A stretch of DNA of 64,000 nucleotides from Bacteroidales bacterium (GTDB taxonomy: Bacteria; Bacteroidota; Bacteroidia; Bacteroidales; Lentimicrobiaceae), in NCBI GenBank assembly GCA_016788045.1, contig JAEUTG010000005.1:4309-68308 (forward strand), written 5' to 3'. Below the pieces are notes generated by a model. It saw only the letters and a program-made list of their open reading frames with translations, ran no database searches and was not told where the DNA came from. The translations under genes and the position numbers were made by a program. Within the stretch, counting starts at the first letter, position 1, and the number at the start of each line of letters is the position of its first letter. Shown here one piece after another: positions 16,886 through 26,728 of this stretch.

Positions 16886-17796
16886 ATGATAGACCTTATT
16901 GGCGACATTCACGGACACGCTGACAAACTTGAAGAACTACTTCTCAAATTGGGTTATGCAAAAAATAATGGAGCATACTCACATCCGGACAGAAAAGTTT
17001 TGTTTGTTCTGACTATATTGACAGGGGACCCAAAATTCGGGAAACACTTGAAATTGTTAGGTCAATGGTTCAAAGTGAAAACGCTGTTGCCTTAATGGGA
17101 AATCATGAATACAATGCACTATGTTTTCATTTTCAGGAAACCGAAGGCGGACATCTTAGAAAGCACCTAATTAAAAATATTATTCAACACTACGAAACAC
17201 TTAAACAATTTCAAAACCGACAAAGAGAATATGAAGATTATTTAGAATGGTTTAAGACCCTTCCGCTTTATTATGAAAAGGACTCATTTAGAGCCGTTCA
17301 CGCTTGTTGGGATAAGAATAACATTGAATTCCTACGGCAAACATTGGATAACGACAGATTGACGGACGACTTAATTTATCAATCAGCAAAAAAAGGAACT
17401 GCATTAAACCAAGCTATTGACCAAACATTAAAAGGAAAAGAAATGAAAATGCCGGAAGGACTTTTCTTTATCGACAAGGACGGAACCAGAAGAACAGAAA
17501 TAAGAATTAAATGGTGGGAAAATCCATCTGAGATGACATATAAATCTATAAGTGTTGAACCAATTGAGAAATTACCAGAAAAACCGATAGACGATTCAGA
17601 ATTAAAAACAAACGGGTATTATCATAGCAAAGAAAAAAAAGTATTCTTCGGACATTATTGGTTGAAAGGCGAGCCAACACCTTACAAGGAAAACATTTGT
17701 TGTTTGGATTACAGCATCGCAAAAGGTGGGAAACTTGTTGCATACAGACTGAACGGAGAAACGATACTGAAAAGAGAAAACCTGATCTATGTTTGA
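16886..17796 (+). pseudogene. Metallophosphoesterase (PrpE/ApaH-like) with a frameshift at ~17009
   Basis: GDIHGH in frame 1. After VLFV, the expected GDYIDRG continues in another frame (DYIDRGPKIRETLEIVRSMVQSENAVALMGNHE). Two nt (CT, 17009-17010) stand where a Gly codon should be. Confidence 0.7.
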
Positions 17797-17807
17797 CAGA
17801 ATTACAT

Positions 17808-17943
17808 CCTGTAACAGCAACTACCCAAAAGTGGCGGTTCAGTCGTGATATCGAACTTCGTGTCTCGATCAAGCTTTGTGCCTGGTTTACAGTGAATTAC
17901 TCCGATCCCAAAAGCATTGGGGACGCCACCCTCGGGTAGTTGC
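17808..17943 (+). repeat. attC-like recombination-site candidate
   Basis: GCAACTACCCaaaaGTGGC (17817-17835) pairs with GCCACcctcGGGTAGTTGC (17925-17943). The 5' CCTGTAACAGC resembles TGGTAACAGC at 4487-4495. There is an internal ATCGA/TCGAT stem. Confidence 0.5.
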
Positions 17944-17958
17944 CATCCGCGAGGGTAA

Positions 17959-18149
17959 ACGAAAATTTCGGCACGGAAAGAACTGGTAAATTATTGGGTT
18001 GAAAGTTCTGATGAAGACTATAGCCCAATAATTGTTATATTCGAAACCGAAAGATATAACCTGGACCTTATTATAGGGCACCTTTGATTGAAAAATTGTT
18101 GAAGGATTTGTTTGTCAAAGTTAACAGGGATTATCCCCATTGTTATTGA
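17959..18149 (+). pseudogene. HEPN-domain gene remnant (no start codon, one frameshift, truncated)
   Basis: KELVNYWVESSDEDYSPIIVIFETERYNLDLIIGHL then a stop. One frame over, LIEKLLKDLFVKVNRDYPH continues. Together they resemble the W..SS..D...GHL..EKLLK pattern of small HEPN proteins. The Rx4-6H motif is absent. Confidence 0.4.
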
Positions 18150-18165
18150 AACCATGTATAACATT

Positions 18166-18238
18166 GTCATTCTGAGCGTAACAAAGTGAAGCGAATAACC
18201 GACCAAAGGGAGCCTGCCTGACTGCACAGGCAGACAGG
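18166..18238. repeat. Composite REP/MITE-like element
   Basis: GTCATTCTGAGCG..GTGAAGCG head plus GCCTGCCTGACTGCACAGGCAGACAGG palindrome. The same two-part layout occurs at 24270-24340. Confidence 0.6.
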
Positions 18239-18360
18239 TTCACCGAAGGTAATCTCATAAGCAATTCCAAAGTTTACCGGACAATAGTGAATGAAAATAA
18301 ACAGCCTTTGAAAAAAAAGCCACCCCTCAGGATGGCTCTTTTTATTCATGCTTTTCAAAA

Positions 18361-19641
18361 TTACCACGCAAACAACGGGAATTCACTCATCATTTCATTC
18401 ACTTTTTCGCGTACCTGTTCTATCACGGCTTCGTTTTCGGTATTGCTGAGCACTTCGTCGATCAGGTCAACGATCACCGGCATGTGTTCTTCGCGCAGGC
18501 CGCGAGTGGTGACGGCTGGAGTTCCCACCCGGATACCGGAGGTGGTGAAAGGTGAGCGGCTGTCGAAAGGAACCATGTTTTTGTTGATGGTGATGTCGGC
18601 TTTTACGAGGGTGTTTTCGGCCACTTTCCCGGTGAGGTCGGGGAATTTGGAGCGCAGGTCGATGAGCATGAGGTGGTTGTCGGTGCCGCCGGATATTACG
18701 TGATAACCTTTGTCAACAAAGGCTTTGGCCATCACCTGGGCATTTTTCTTCACCTGTATGATGTACTCCATGAATTCATCGGAGAGGGCTTCGCCGAAAG
18801 CCACAGCCTTGGCGGCGATCACATGTTCCAGCGGTCCGCCCTGAATGCCGGGGAATACGGCGGAGTCGAGCAGGGCCGACATCATTTTAATTTCTCCCTT
18901 GGGTGTTTTCAGTCCCCAGGGGTTTTCGAAATCCTTGCCCATCACGATAAGTCCGCCGCGCGGTCCGCGCAGGGTTTTGTGGGTGGTGGTGGTAACAAAA
19001 TGGCAGTAGGGAACCGGGTCGTTGAGCAGTCCGCGGGCAATCAGACCGGCCGGGTGGGCGATGTCGGCCAGCAGCAGGGCGCCGCATTTGTCGGCGATTT
19101 CGCGCATCCGTTTGAAATCCCAGTCGCGGGAGTAGGCTGATGCGCCGGCGATGATCAGTTTCGGGCGGGTTTCAAGGGCCACCGCTTCCATCTTGTCGTA
19201 GTTGATGGTTCCGGTTTCTTCTTCCACGCCATAGGCAACCGGGTTGTAGAGGATGCCTGAAGAGTTGACGGGTGATCCGTGCGAGAGGTGTCCGCCATGC
19301 GCCAGGTTGAGTCCCATAAAGGTATCGCCGGGTTTCAGTACGGTCATCAGCACAGCCATGTTGGCCTGTGCCCCTGAGTGCGGCTGAACGTTGGCCCATT
19401 CGGCGCCAAACAACGCTTTTGCCCGGTCGATGGCCAGTTGCTCTGTCTGGTCAACAATCTGACAACCGCCATAATAACGTTTGCCGGGATAGCCTTCGGC
19501 ATATTTGTTGGTCAGTACCGAGCCCATGGCATCGAGTACCTGCTGACTGACGAAATTTTCTGATGCGATCAGCTCAATGCCATGCATCTGCCGTTCTTTC
19601 TCTTCTTTGATGAGGTCGAATACCTGTTTGTCCTTTTTCAT
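18361..19641 (-). CDS. glyA: Serine hydroxymethyltransferase
   Basis: Full-length match to the SHMT pattern ([38 protein letters not shown]). Confidence 0.97.
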   Translation of the reverse strand: MKKDKQVFDLIKEEKERQMHGIELIASENFVSQQVLDAMGSVLTNKYAEGYPGKRYYGGCQIVDQTEQLAIDRAKALFGAEWANVQPHSGAQANMAVLMTVLKPGDTFMGLNLAHGGHLSHGSPVNSSGILYNPVAYGVEEETGTINYDKMEAVALETRPKLIIAGASAYSRDWDFKRMREIADKCGALLLADIAHPAGLIARGLLNDPVPYCHFVTTTTHKTLRGPRGGLIVMGKDFENPWGLKTPKGEIKMMSALLDSAVFPGIQGGPLEHVIAAKAVAFGEALSDEFMEYIIQVKKNAQVMAKAFVDKGYHVISGGTDNHLMLIDLRSKFPDLTGKVAENTLVKADITINKNMVPFDSRSPFTTSGIRVGTPAVTTRGLREEHMPVIVDLIDEVLSNTENEAVIEQVREKVNEMMSEFPLFAW

Positions 19642-19713
19642 GACAATCTGTATTGTTTTGGTTGGTTGATTTTCCGCTGTTTAACGCCCGGAATGTTCGT
19701 CCCGGAAACGGTG

Positions 19714-19721
19714 CAAAGGTA
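19714..19721 (-). promoter_or_regulatory. Candidate -7 box for glyA
   Basis: The minus strand reads TACCTTTG (TAnnTTTG), 73 nt upstream of the glyA ATG. Confidence 0.3.
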
Positions 19722-19884
19722 TAAAAAGTAAATTACCTCCATCGTTTGCGTTGTTTTTTCGCTGTATGATGCCCGGCAGCATGAAATCCTTCTTTCCGGA
19801 TCCGAACACGTGGTTTCCGGGTAGATGTCCAGGCTTCATAAAATACACAAAATCAGATCGTAAGATTGCGGTAATCATCACTGG

Positions 19885-19928
19885 CCTGAAAAGAAAACGG
19901 TGAACAGAAGTTCCCTGTTCACCGTTTT
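19885..19928 (-). terminator. Rho-independent terminator after the 1367-aa gene
   Basis: 14-bp stem AAAACGGTGAACAG/CTGTTCACCGTTTT with a 7-nt loop. On the minus strand it is followed by TTTTCTTTTC. Confidence 0.7.
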
Positions 19929-19948
19929 CAGCATAGCGGAAGTCCGGA

Positions 19949-22900
19949 TTAACGGATTACCATGATTTTTCGTGAAATCACCTTTCTGTTTGTGTTGATC
20001 TGAAGGGTGTAAGAGCCCGGTCCGAAGGGGGAAAGGTCGAACGAATAGCGTTCCTGGCCGCTCCAGGTGCCCGACAGCAGTACCTTGCCGGAAATGTCGG
20101 TGAACTGAACACTGATCACCGGATTCTGCCGCACATCGGTTTCTATTTCGAGGATGCCCTTTGTCGGGTTGGGGAAGATCCGCAGTCCGTCGGAAGTGAG
20201 GTCATCCACCGAAAGGTTGGCTCCCGATTGGGTAACACTTACTTTCTGCGGTTCAGTGCCGGCAACCACTACCGTGATGGTGGAGGTACGGTCAGCGCCG
20301 TAAGGATTCTGCTGGTAGGTTGCTGTAAGCGTGCCCGACTGACTGCCCGAGGCTGTTACGCTGAGCCAGGCCGAATCGGCGGAAGCGGTCCAGTTGCTGT
20401 TTGACACGATACTGAAACTCACTTCGCCGGACTGATAGGGAACATCCACACTTACCGGTTCAACCGACAGGCTGGCTGCACCGCCGGCCTGCTCCAGGGT
20501 AGCCGTGGCCGAGATGCTTCCGGTGGAAATGCTGATGCCCGCGCTCCGTGGCGACAGGTCAGGGTTCTGTTCGTAAGTGATCTGTATAATGGTATTGCCG
20601 CTACCACCTGCCGGCATGGCTACCCAGGGGGCATCGGTGCTGGTGGTCCAGTCGGTGTTGGCGAGTACCATCAGCTGGGCCTGGCCTGCTTCGCCAGTTA
20701 CCTGAATTATTTGAGGATCAAGGTTTAAGCTGACAGCCGCCGCCGCCTGGGTGAGGGTAATTTCAGCCGGACTCAGGCCATCGGCACTTACGGTGATCAG
20801 GGCAGTGCGTGGTGCAGCCCAGGTGTTTTCAGTATACGTTATGTTCAGGCTGCCGTTTCCGGTGCCTGATGGTGTTACGGTAACCCATTCGGGTGCATCG
20901 GAGGATGCAGTCCAGCCGGTGTTGGAGGTGACATTCACCGATGCATTGCCTGCGGCTTCCGTTACCTCAAACGACAGCGGGTCGAGACTGATGAACGGCG
21001 CTGTACCGGCCTGGGTAACGGTAACAAATACCGGATCCAGCCCTTCAACCGTTACCGTCAGCATGGCTGAGCGCTGTCCGGTTTCGGTGTTTTCTGTATA
21101 ATCAACTGCAATCATGCCGTTGCCCGATCCCGCGGGCGTTGCCAGGCACCAGCCGGCATTGCTGCTGACGGTCCATGGGGAATTGGAATTCACGATAAAG
21201 TCGGTGGATCCGGCTTCGGCTGTTACATCCTGATTTAATGGACTTACTGCCAGCATGGGAGGGACTGCCAGGGTGACGGCCTGGGCGGTAATCCCCTGAG
21301 AGTATTCCAGGTTGCTGTTTGCCGAGAATGCCTTGTAATAGTAGGTGGTGAGTGGTTGCAGGTCCGTGTGGCTGAAGGTAGTTTCGTTGCCGTTGTAGAG
21401 TATTGTCCCGCCACCCGGGATGGCCTCACCGGGATTGTAACTCTGTCCGTTTGCCGGAAGGCCAAAGGTGCCGTTCTCCGACCAGGCCAGCAACACCGCA
21501 TCTCCTTCCGGGTTTTTCTCCCAGCCGAGGTCTACCTGATGATCGCTGACCGGAGTTGCGGAGAGGGAAGCCGGGTTGGCGACCGGGCTCAAACAACCTA
21601 CCGTGGCTGCCCAGCCGGGGAAATTGGCAGAGGCGTTGCTGCGGAAAACAAGGGTCAGGGAGCCGGTGGCATTGTCTGAAACAACGGTTCCGGGCGAATC
21701 GGTACCGCACCAGGTGCCGATCACCGGGGCAAACGGGGTACGTCCGTTGTGGATGGTGAGGTAGTCGGCGGTGCAGGGAGTGGAGGCTTCGAGCTCAAAC
21801 TGACTGAAGTTCAGGCTCAGCTGATTGCCCGGAACGGAGGTGTTGAACACCATGGTATAGGCCAGGTTGTTGCCATAGTTGCCTGACTCACCGCCTGAAT
21901 CGTAGAAAGTTCCGCTGCAGGTGGTTACGGTGGAATTGCCCATGACGAACACATCCGGGATTACGGTGATGTAATCGGTGCGGGTTTTGGTGTTGTTGCC
22001 GTTCACAGTAAGGGTAACGGTTTTGGCCCCGGTGCTGGTGTAAATTACGGTATGCGGGCCCTGGGTGGTGGCTGTGGGAGGCACAGCTCCTTCACCGAAA
22101 TTCCACTCCCAGGAGGTTACCTCACAGGTGCTGGCATCGGTAAAGACCACCGGGTTGTTGACCACGATGGAGAGGGGTGTGGCCGAAAAGTCAGCATTGG
22201 CGGGATTTACCTGAATGTAGGCTTCCTTGGTTTCGGCGTTGGTGCCGCCGGCATTGGTGGCATTCAGGGTAACGGTATAGGAGCCGTACTGGGTAAACTG
22301 AACCTGCGGATTCTGGGATGTGCTGCTTGTTCCCCCGGTAAATACCACGGTATTCGGACTGAACGACCATGACCAGGAAACGGGATTGCCGGTGGAAAGG
22401 TCGGTGAAGGCAACGGTTTCGTTGAGGCAGGGGAGGGTATTGCCGGCAATAAATTCGGGGTTGGGGCCGAGGGGACCGATGTTGAAAGAAGCCACCCGCG
22501 TTTTCTGACCACTGCTTACATATTGATTGGTGTACCAGAAGGTCTCATCGTCCGATGGATCGACGCTGAGCGAAGAATAGTCGCCCCAGCGGTTGGCTCC
22601 GGTTTGCGAAGCGGTGCCTTCCCAGATAATGCCTTCCGGAACATCCATGATTCCGCTGGCATTGTTGTATTCGGCTTCTGTCTGTCCGGTAAAGCGGATT
22701 CCCGGGAATACGGTTGTGCTTGAAACGGAGTATCCGAGTCCCAGCTCATGGTTGCCGTTGAGCATGATGCTGCCCATCCAGCGTGAATTGCCGTCGGGAG
22801 CATAGGTTCCCTGCTGACGGATGGTCCACTGTCCGGTGGTTTTGCGCAGTTCGTACCAGCGGATGCCGGCGTGATCGGTAGCATCCACGTCGACGGTATG

Positions 22901-24052
22901 GCAGCAGACGATGGTCTGGTAGGAGCCGAAGTTGCGGTACTGCGGCACATTCATAATCACCTGTGGCACGGCATCCAGTTCCTGGCTGGTGTTGGGCTGT
23001 TTGATGTTGTTCCAGTTGTTGCCGAAGTTGCTGTCGAACGGGGTTACGTCAATCTGTTGCACGCGGGTGAATGTTGAGTTGGTGGTGGTGGCCCAGTCAA
23101 CATCTAGTTCGTAAATCCATAACTGATCGCTGGTTCCGCCGAAAGCATCGTCCTGGTGGGCGATAAAAATGCCCGGGGTACCTGCAGGGGCGGCAGTCCC
23201 GTCGTTGTCTACAGGTGGAACCATCATAAAGCCATCCACAGAACCCGGCCGCCACTGGTTGTCGAAGGATACCATTTTCGGGTTGGTACCACCGTTCAGC
23301 ATTACCTCTCTTTCAAAAACATAAATGTCGGTTCCGCCGGAGGTGTTGGTGCCCATGTAGTAGCCGTCCTGCCAGATGCCGAATTTCTCGTAGTCGGGGG
23401 TGCCGTTCATGTTGAACGAATACTGATACCAGGTTCCGGTAGGGTCGTTGGTTGCCGAAACGGCGATCAGCATGCGGTTGGGGGAACCGCAAAGCGAAAA
23501 CTCGGCTGCCATCCAGCGGTCGGCCATTTCATCATAAAGCACGATGGGGTCGCCATCGTTGCAGTTGGCCCCCGGCACATTGCCGAACAACTGGTTCATG
23601 TTGGTTGGCCCTGCAAGCAACGTACCTGTTTTTGAGTAGATGGCATAGGTGGTATTCACGGTCTGCATATAATGGTCAGGTCCGGCTGTTCCGTTTTCGT
23701 CAGGCGGAAAATAGGGGGAGTTCTGCCCCTGGAAATTCACCTGCGGGTCGCTGGCCATGGCTTTATTCCCACCCATGACCTTCTGCCAGGCCGCATCCGG
23801 GCCTTTGGGAAGTGCATTGGCTTCGTTGGGGTAAAAGCGGGTTCTCAGTTTCGGGTTGAGCAGTTTTTGTTCTGCTTTGGCAACCATCGCCTGAAACTCT
23901 TCGGCCGTTAAAGGAGGTATATCCTTCAGCGGTCTGCTGATGCCCGTGAGCGTTCCTTCGCCAACGCTGAAGGGATGAAGCACTTCATCCTGTGCATTGG
24001 CTATGCCTGCTGAAATACAGAGGCATAATAGCAAAGTAAAATACAATCTCAT
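19949..24052 (-). CDS. Large secreted multidomain protein (2 PKD, a CUB-like domain, Fn3, 4 BACON-like repeats) with a T9SS type A sorting domain
   Basis: Signal peptide; PKD-like blocks (VAFTDLSTG..SWSWSF and VVFTDAS..SWEWNFG); four ~85-aa repeats ending VTQAG/LTQAA; C-terminal LRIFPNPTKGILEIE... Confidence 0.85.
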   Translation of the reverse strand: MRLYFTLLLCLCISAGIANAQDEVLHPFSVGEGTLTGISRPLKDIPPLTAEEFQAMVAKAEQKLLNPKLRTRFYPNEANALPKGPDAAWQKVMGGNKAMASDPQVNFQGQNSPYFPPDENGTAGPDHYMQTVNTTYAIYSKTGTLLAGPTNMNQLFGNVPGANCNDGDPIVLYDEMADRWMAAEFSLCGSPNRMLIAVSATNDPTGTWYQYSFNMNGTPDYEKFGIWQDGYYMGTNTSGGTDIYVFEREVMLNGGTNPKMVSFDNQWRPGSVDGFMMVPPVDNDGTAAPAGTPGIFIAHQDDAFGGTSDQLWIYELDVDWATTTNSTFTRVQQIDVTPFDSNFGNNWNNIKQPNTSQELDAVPQVIMNVPQYRNFGSYQTIVCCHTVDVDATDHAGIRWYELRKTTGQWTIRQQGTYAPDGNSRWMGSIMLNGNHELGLGYSVSSTTVFPGIRFTGQTEAEYNNASGIMDVPEGIIWEGTASQTGANRWGDYSSLSVDPSDDETFWYTNQYVSSGQKTRVASFNIGPLGPNPEFIAGNTLPCLNETVAFTDLSTGNPVSWSWSFSPNTVVFTGGTSSTSQNPQVQFTQYGSYTVTLNATNAGGTNAETKEAYIQVNPANADFSATPLSIVVNNPVVFTDASTCEVTSWEWNFGEGAVPPTATTQGPHTVIYTSTGAKTVTLTVNGNNTKTRTDYITVIPDVFVMGNSTVTTCSGTFYDSGGESGNYGNNLAYTMVFNTSVPGNQLSLNFSQFELEASTPCTADYLTIHNGRTPFAPVIGTWCGTDSPGTVVSDNATGSLTLVFRSNASANFPGWAATVGCLSPVANPASLSATPVSDHQVDLGWEKNPEGDAVLLAWSENGTFGLPANGQSYNPGEAIPGGGTILYNGNETTFSHTDLQPLTTYYYKAFSANSNLEYSQGITAQAVTLAVPPMLAVSPLNQDVTAEAGSTDFIVNSNSPWTVSSNAGWCLATPAGSGNGMIAVDYTENTETGQRSAMLTVTVEGLDPVFVTVTQAGTAPFISLDPLSFEVTEAAGNASVNVTSNTGWTASSDAPEWVTVTPSGTGNGSLNITYTENTWAAPRTALITVSADGLSPAEITLTQAAAAVSLNLDPQIIQVTGEAGQAQLMVLANTDWTTSTDAPWVAMPAGGSGNTIIQITYEQNPDLSPRSAGISISTGSISATATLEQAGGAASLSVEPVSVDVPYQSGEVSFSIVSNSNWTASADSAWLSVTASGSQSGTLTATYQQNPYGADRTSTITVVVAGTEPQKVSVTQSGANLSVDDLTSDGLRIFPNPTKGILEIETDVRQNPVISVQFTDISGKVLLSGTWSGQERYSFDLSPFGPGSYTLQINTNRKVISRKIMVIR

Positions 24053-24159
24053 TTTGTATCGTTTTAGATGGGTTAGAAAACAGGTCCGTGGTAGTTATCC
24101 GGAAGAGGTCGTTAAAGTTTCCAAAAGTATCATTTATTAACAAATTTTACGAAGAAGGG

Positions 24160-24403
24160 GCTGCAACTTAAGGTATTTATAAAGCAAAATTGTGTCGCGG
24201 GCATTTTAGGATTTATCTAATTGTATGGTATTTAATGTGTTGTGTTGTTGAGAACTGAACTAATTGAATGTCAGGCTGAGGAGTCGAAGCCATGTTTCGA
24301 CTTCGCCTGCTTGTATGCTTGAGGCAACAAGCAGACAAGCTCAACATGACATCGACTACAGCTGCAACTTAAGGTATTTATAAAGCAAAATTGTGTCGCG
24401 GGC
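24160..24403. repeat. 43-bp perfect direct repeats flanking a REP/MITE-like element
   Basis: GCTGCAACTTAAGGTATTTATAAAGCAAAATTGTGTCGCGGGC occurs at 24160-24202 and again at 24361-24403. The composite element at 24270-24340 lies between the two copies. Confidence 0.85.
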
Positions 24404-24646
24404 TTTTAAAATATTGTCTATTTATTTGATAATTAATATTTTGAATCAAAAACGATCCTCATTCGTTTCGTTTTTTTTCAGTATAATACAGGTATTTACC
24501 TGGCTGTTTATACCAATACCCCGGGTTCTAAATGACGCTTTCTGGGAGGTCTGCTACCTTCGTCAGATTCCTGAGTAAGCAGCAAAATAAAACCTTTCTG
24601 CCGGAGTTAATACGTAGAGGCACCCTGATTTTTGTACCTTTGTTTT

Positions 24647-26719
24647 ATGAAGAAACCGGCTTCTGTTTTTTTTACTCTTCTGCTTGCACTGTTGTTTCTC
24701 TGCCAGCTGGCTTTTCCGGTTACGGCGGATGCCCAGCCACCTGTTCCAGTGCTGAATTGTATTTCTGCTGAAGATGACGGGTCGCTTACGGTAAGCTGGG
24801 CAATCCCGGCCGGTACTTTCGATGGGTTCAGGCTTTTTTACAAAAAAGTTACCGATCCCCTTTCAAATTCTCTCGATCTCACCAATACCACCGGATCAAC
24901 GAGTATTCCGGTTACCGATGCGCTGACTGCAGGTTATGAGGTTTACCTGACGACCATTGTTTACGGTCCTCCCGTACAGATTTCGGGGGAGTCGAATCAC
25001 CTGCGTACCATGAAACTGACGGTATCCAACGCCGGGGCCGGCAACGGGATTGCCCGCCTCGACTGGAACCGCGTGGAGGCCGGCAACAACGGGGTGTTCA
25101 ACATCTACCGGCGCGAACTGACGGGCACATTTACACAGATCGGTCAGACTACCGGTATTTTTTACCAGGATACCATCACCAGTCCTTATTGCAAAGTCGG
25201 AACTGCGGGTACGGACCTTTATTACCAGGTTGAATTTTCCTCGGCAAGCTGTGTGAGCAGGTCGACAGTGGCCAGCGGCAACTTCTTTGACGATAACCTG
25301 CCGAAGGATCCGGTCTTGTCCTTTGTTACTATTGATAACGCAGGCCTGGCCGAAGTTCACTGGACCCACAGCCCCTCTGCGGATGTTGGGGGCTATGTGG
25401 TCGGCGTAAAAATCGGACAGAATTACATCGACCATGCTGAAACAGGATATACGGATGTATTCACCGATGATCAGGTCAGCCTGCCGACCTATTACAACCC
25501 CTGTTACGACAGTGTGATCTATGTGCTCAGGGCCAGGGATATCTGCGACAACCAGAGCTCCGGGGCCATCAACTACCAGTTTCCGCACAATACCCTGCAT
25601 CTGCGTGGTGAAACGCAAACCCTGTGCGACCGGAAGGCCAGCCTGGCCTGGAATGCCTACCTGAATATGCAGCCGGAAGTGAATGCCTACCGTATCCTGC
25701 GTACCCGCAACGGCGCTGCCCCGGTTGAGATAGGAAGTGTTGCAGCCACCGCTGCTACCTTTTATACGTATGTTGACGACGAAATGCTGACCCCCGGAGA
25801 TGTTTATACCTACCGGATAGAAACCGATAACGGTGACAATTCAATGGCATCGTCGAGCTGTGAGATTCAGCTGGTGCCGGATCCTGAACCTCTTACCACC
25901 TTCGGCCTGGATTACCTGACAGTGACCAACAACGAACTGATTGACATTACCGTCAGCAGCGATTCACCCCACCTGATCTCGGAAATTGAACTCTGGAGAT
26001 CAGAATCTGCAGGCAGCCCGGCATCGAGAATTTCAACCTTTGCCTGGGAGGCTATGTCTCCTGAAATGTTCAGTGACATTACGGCACAGGTGAATGAAAC
26101 AAGTTATTACTATTATGTGGTAGCCCTGGATGCCTGTGGTTTTGAGCTGGAAGCTTCCAACACAGCCAGGAGTATCTATCTGCAGATCAGCGATCTGGGT
26201 AACGATGAATTTCGCCTGAGCTGGAACAACTACGAAGACTGGGGCGCCAACCTGCTTGAATACAGCATTTACCGCATCGCGGATGGGGTGGTGGAAGCGG
26301 GCTGGCCGGTTACGGTTCCGCCTTCGGTAAATACCCTGAACGATTTTGCCGGCGATCTGACCGCCAACCGTACGACCTATTACGTGGAAGCCGTGAGAAA
26401 CGATGATGTGACAAGTCGTTCCAACGAGGTGCTGCTGCCTGCCGAGGCAAACCTGCTGATCCCGAATGCCTTCAGGCCCGACGGGATTTCACCTGTGTTC
26501 AAACCAAGGGTAAGAAACATCGAACAGGGATCCTACCTTTTTGCCATCTACAACCGCTGGGGCCAGGTGGTTTTTGAAACCGGCAATACTGCTGAAGGCT
26601 GGAACGGCCTCTCAAACGGTGTTCCGGCCGCCGCCGATATTTACGCCTGGGTTGTGAAGTTTAACGATCTTCACGGAAATCAGTTTGCCAGAAGGGGTTC
26701 AGTGATTTTACTCAGATAA
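24647..26719 (+). CDS. Fn3-repeat surface protein with a gliding-motility-type (T9SS type B) C-terminal domain
   Basis: The ATG at 24647 gives MKKPASVFFTLLLALLFL. The C-terminus IPNAFRPDG...YNRWGQVVFE...GWNG matches the type B sorting domain pattern. Confidence 0.85.
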   Translation: MKKPASVFFTLLLALLFLCQLAFPVTADAQPPVPVLNCISAEDDGSLTVSWAIPAGTFDGFRLFYKKVTDPLSNSLDLTNTTGSTSIPVTDALTAGYEVYLTTIVYGPPVQISGESNHLRTMKLTVSNAGAGNGIARLDWNRVEAGNNGVFNIYRRELTGTFTQIGQTTGIFYQDTITSPYCKVGTAGTDLYYQVEFSSASCVSRSTVASGNFFDDNLPKDPVLSFVTIDNAGLAEVHWTHSPSADVGGYVVGVKIGQNYIDHAETGYTDVFTDDQVSLPTYYNPCYDSVIYVLRARDICDNQSSGAINYQFPHNTLHLRGETQTLCDRKASLAWNAYLNMQPEVNAYRILRTRNGAAPVEIGSVAATAATFYTYVDDEMLTPGDVYTYRIETDNGDNSMASSSCEIQLVPDPEPLTTFGLDYLTVTNNELIDITVSSDSPHLISEIELWRSESAGSPASRISTFAWEAMSPEMFSDITAQVNETSYYYYVVALDACGFELEASNTARSIYLQISDLGNDEFRLSWNNYEDWGANLLEYSIYRIADGVVEAGWPVTVPPSVNTLNDFAGDLTANRTTYYVEAVRNDDVTSRSNEVLLPAEANLLIPNAFRPDGISPVFKPRVRNIEQGSYLFAIYNRWGQVVFETGNTAEGWNGLSNGVPAAADIYAWVVKFNDLHGNQFARRGSVILLR

Positions 26720-26728
26720 ATCGCTGAT

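Noticed and set aside
19642-19885. Possible riboswitch (ZTP or THF type) in the ~240-nt region upstream of glyA
   Set aside because: I could not find the conserved ZTP (pfl) or THF core sequences on the minus strand by eye. Only a candidate -7 box is reported. A covariance-model scan would be needed to settle this.
24896-25618. 240-aa minus-strand ORF
   Set aside because: It is antisense to the well-supported T9SS type B cargo gene and has no motifs.
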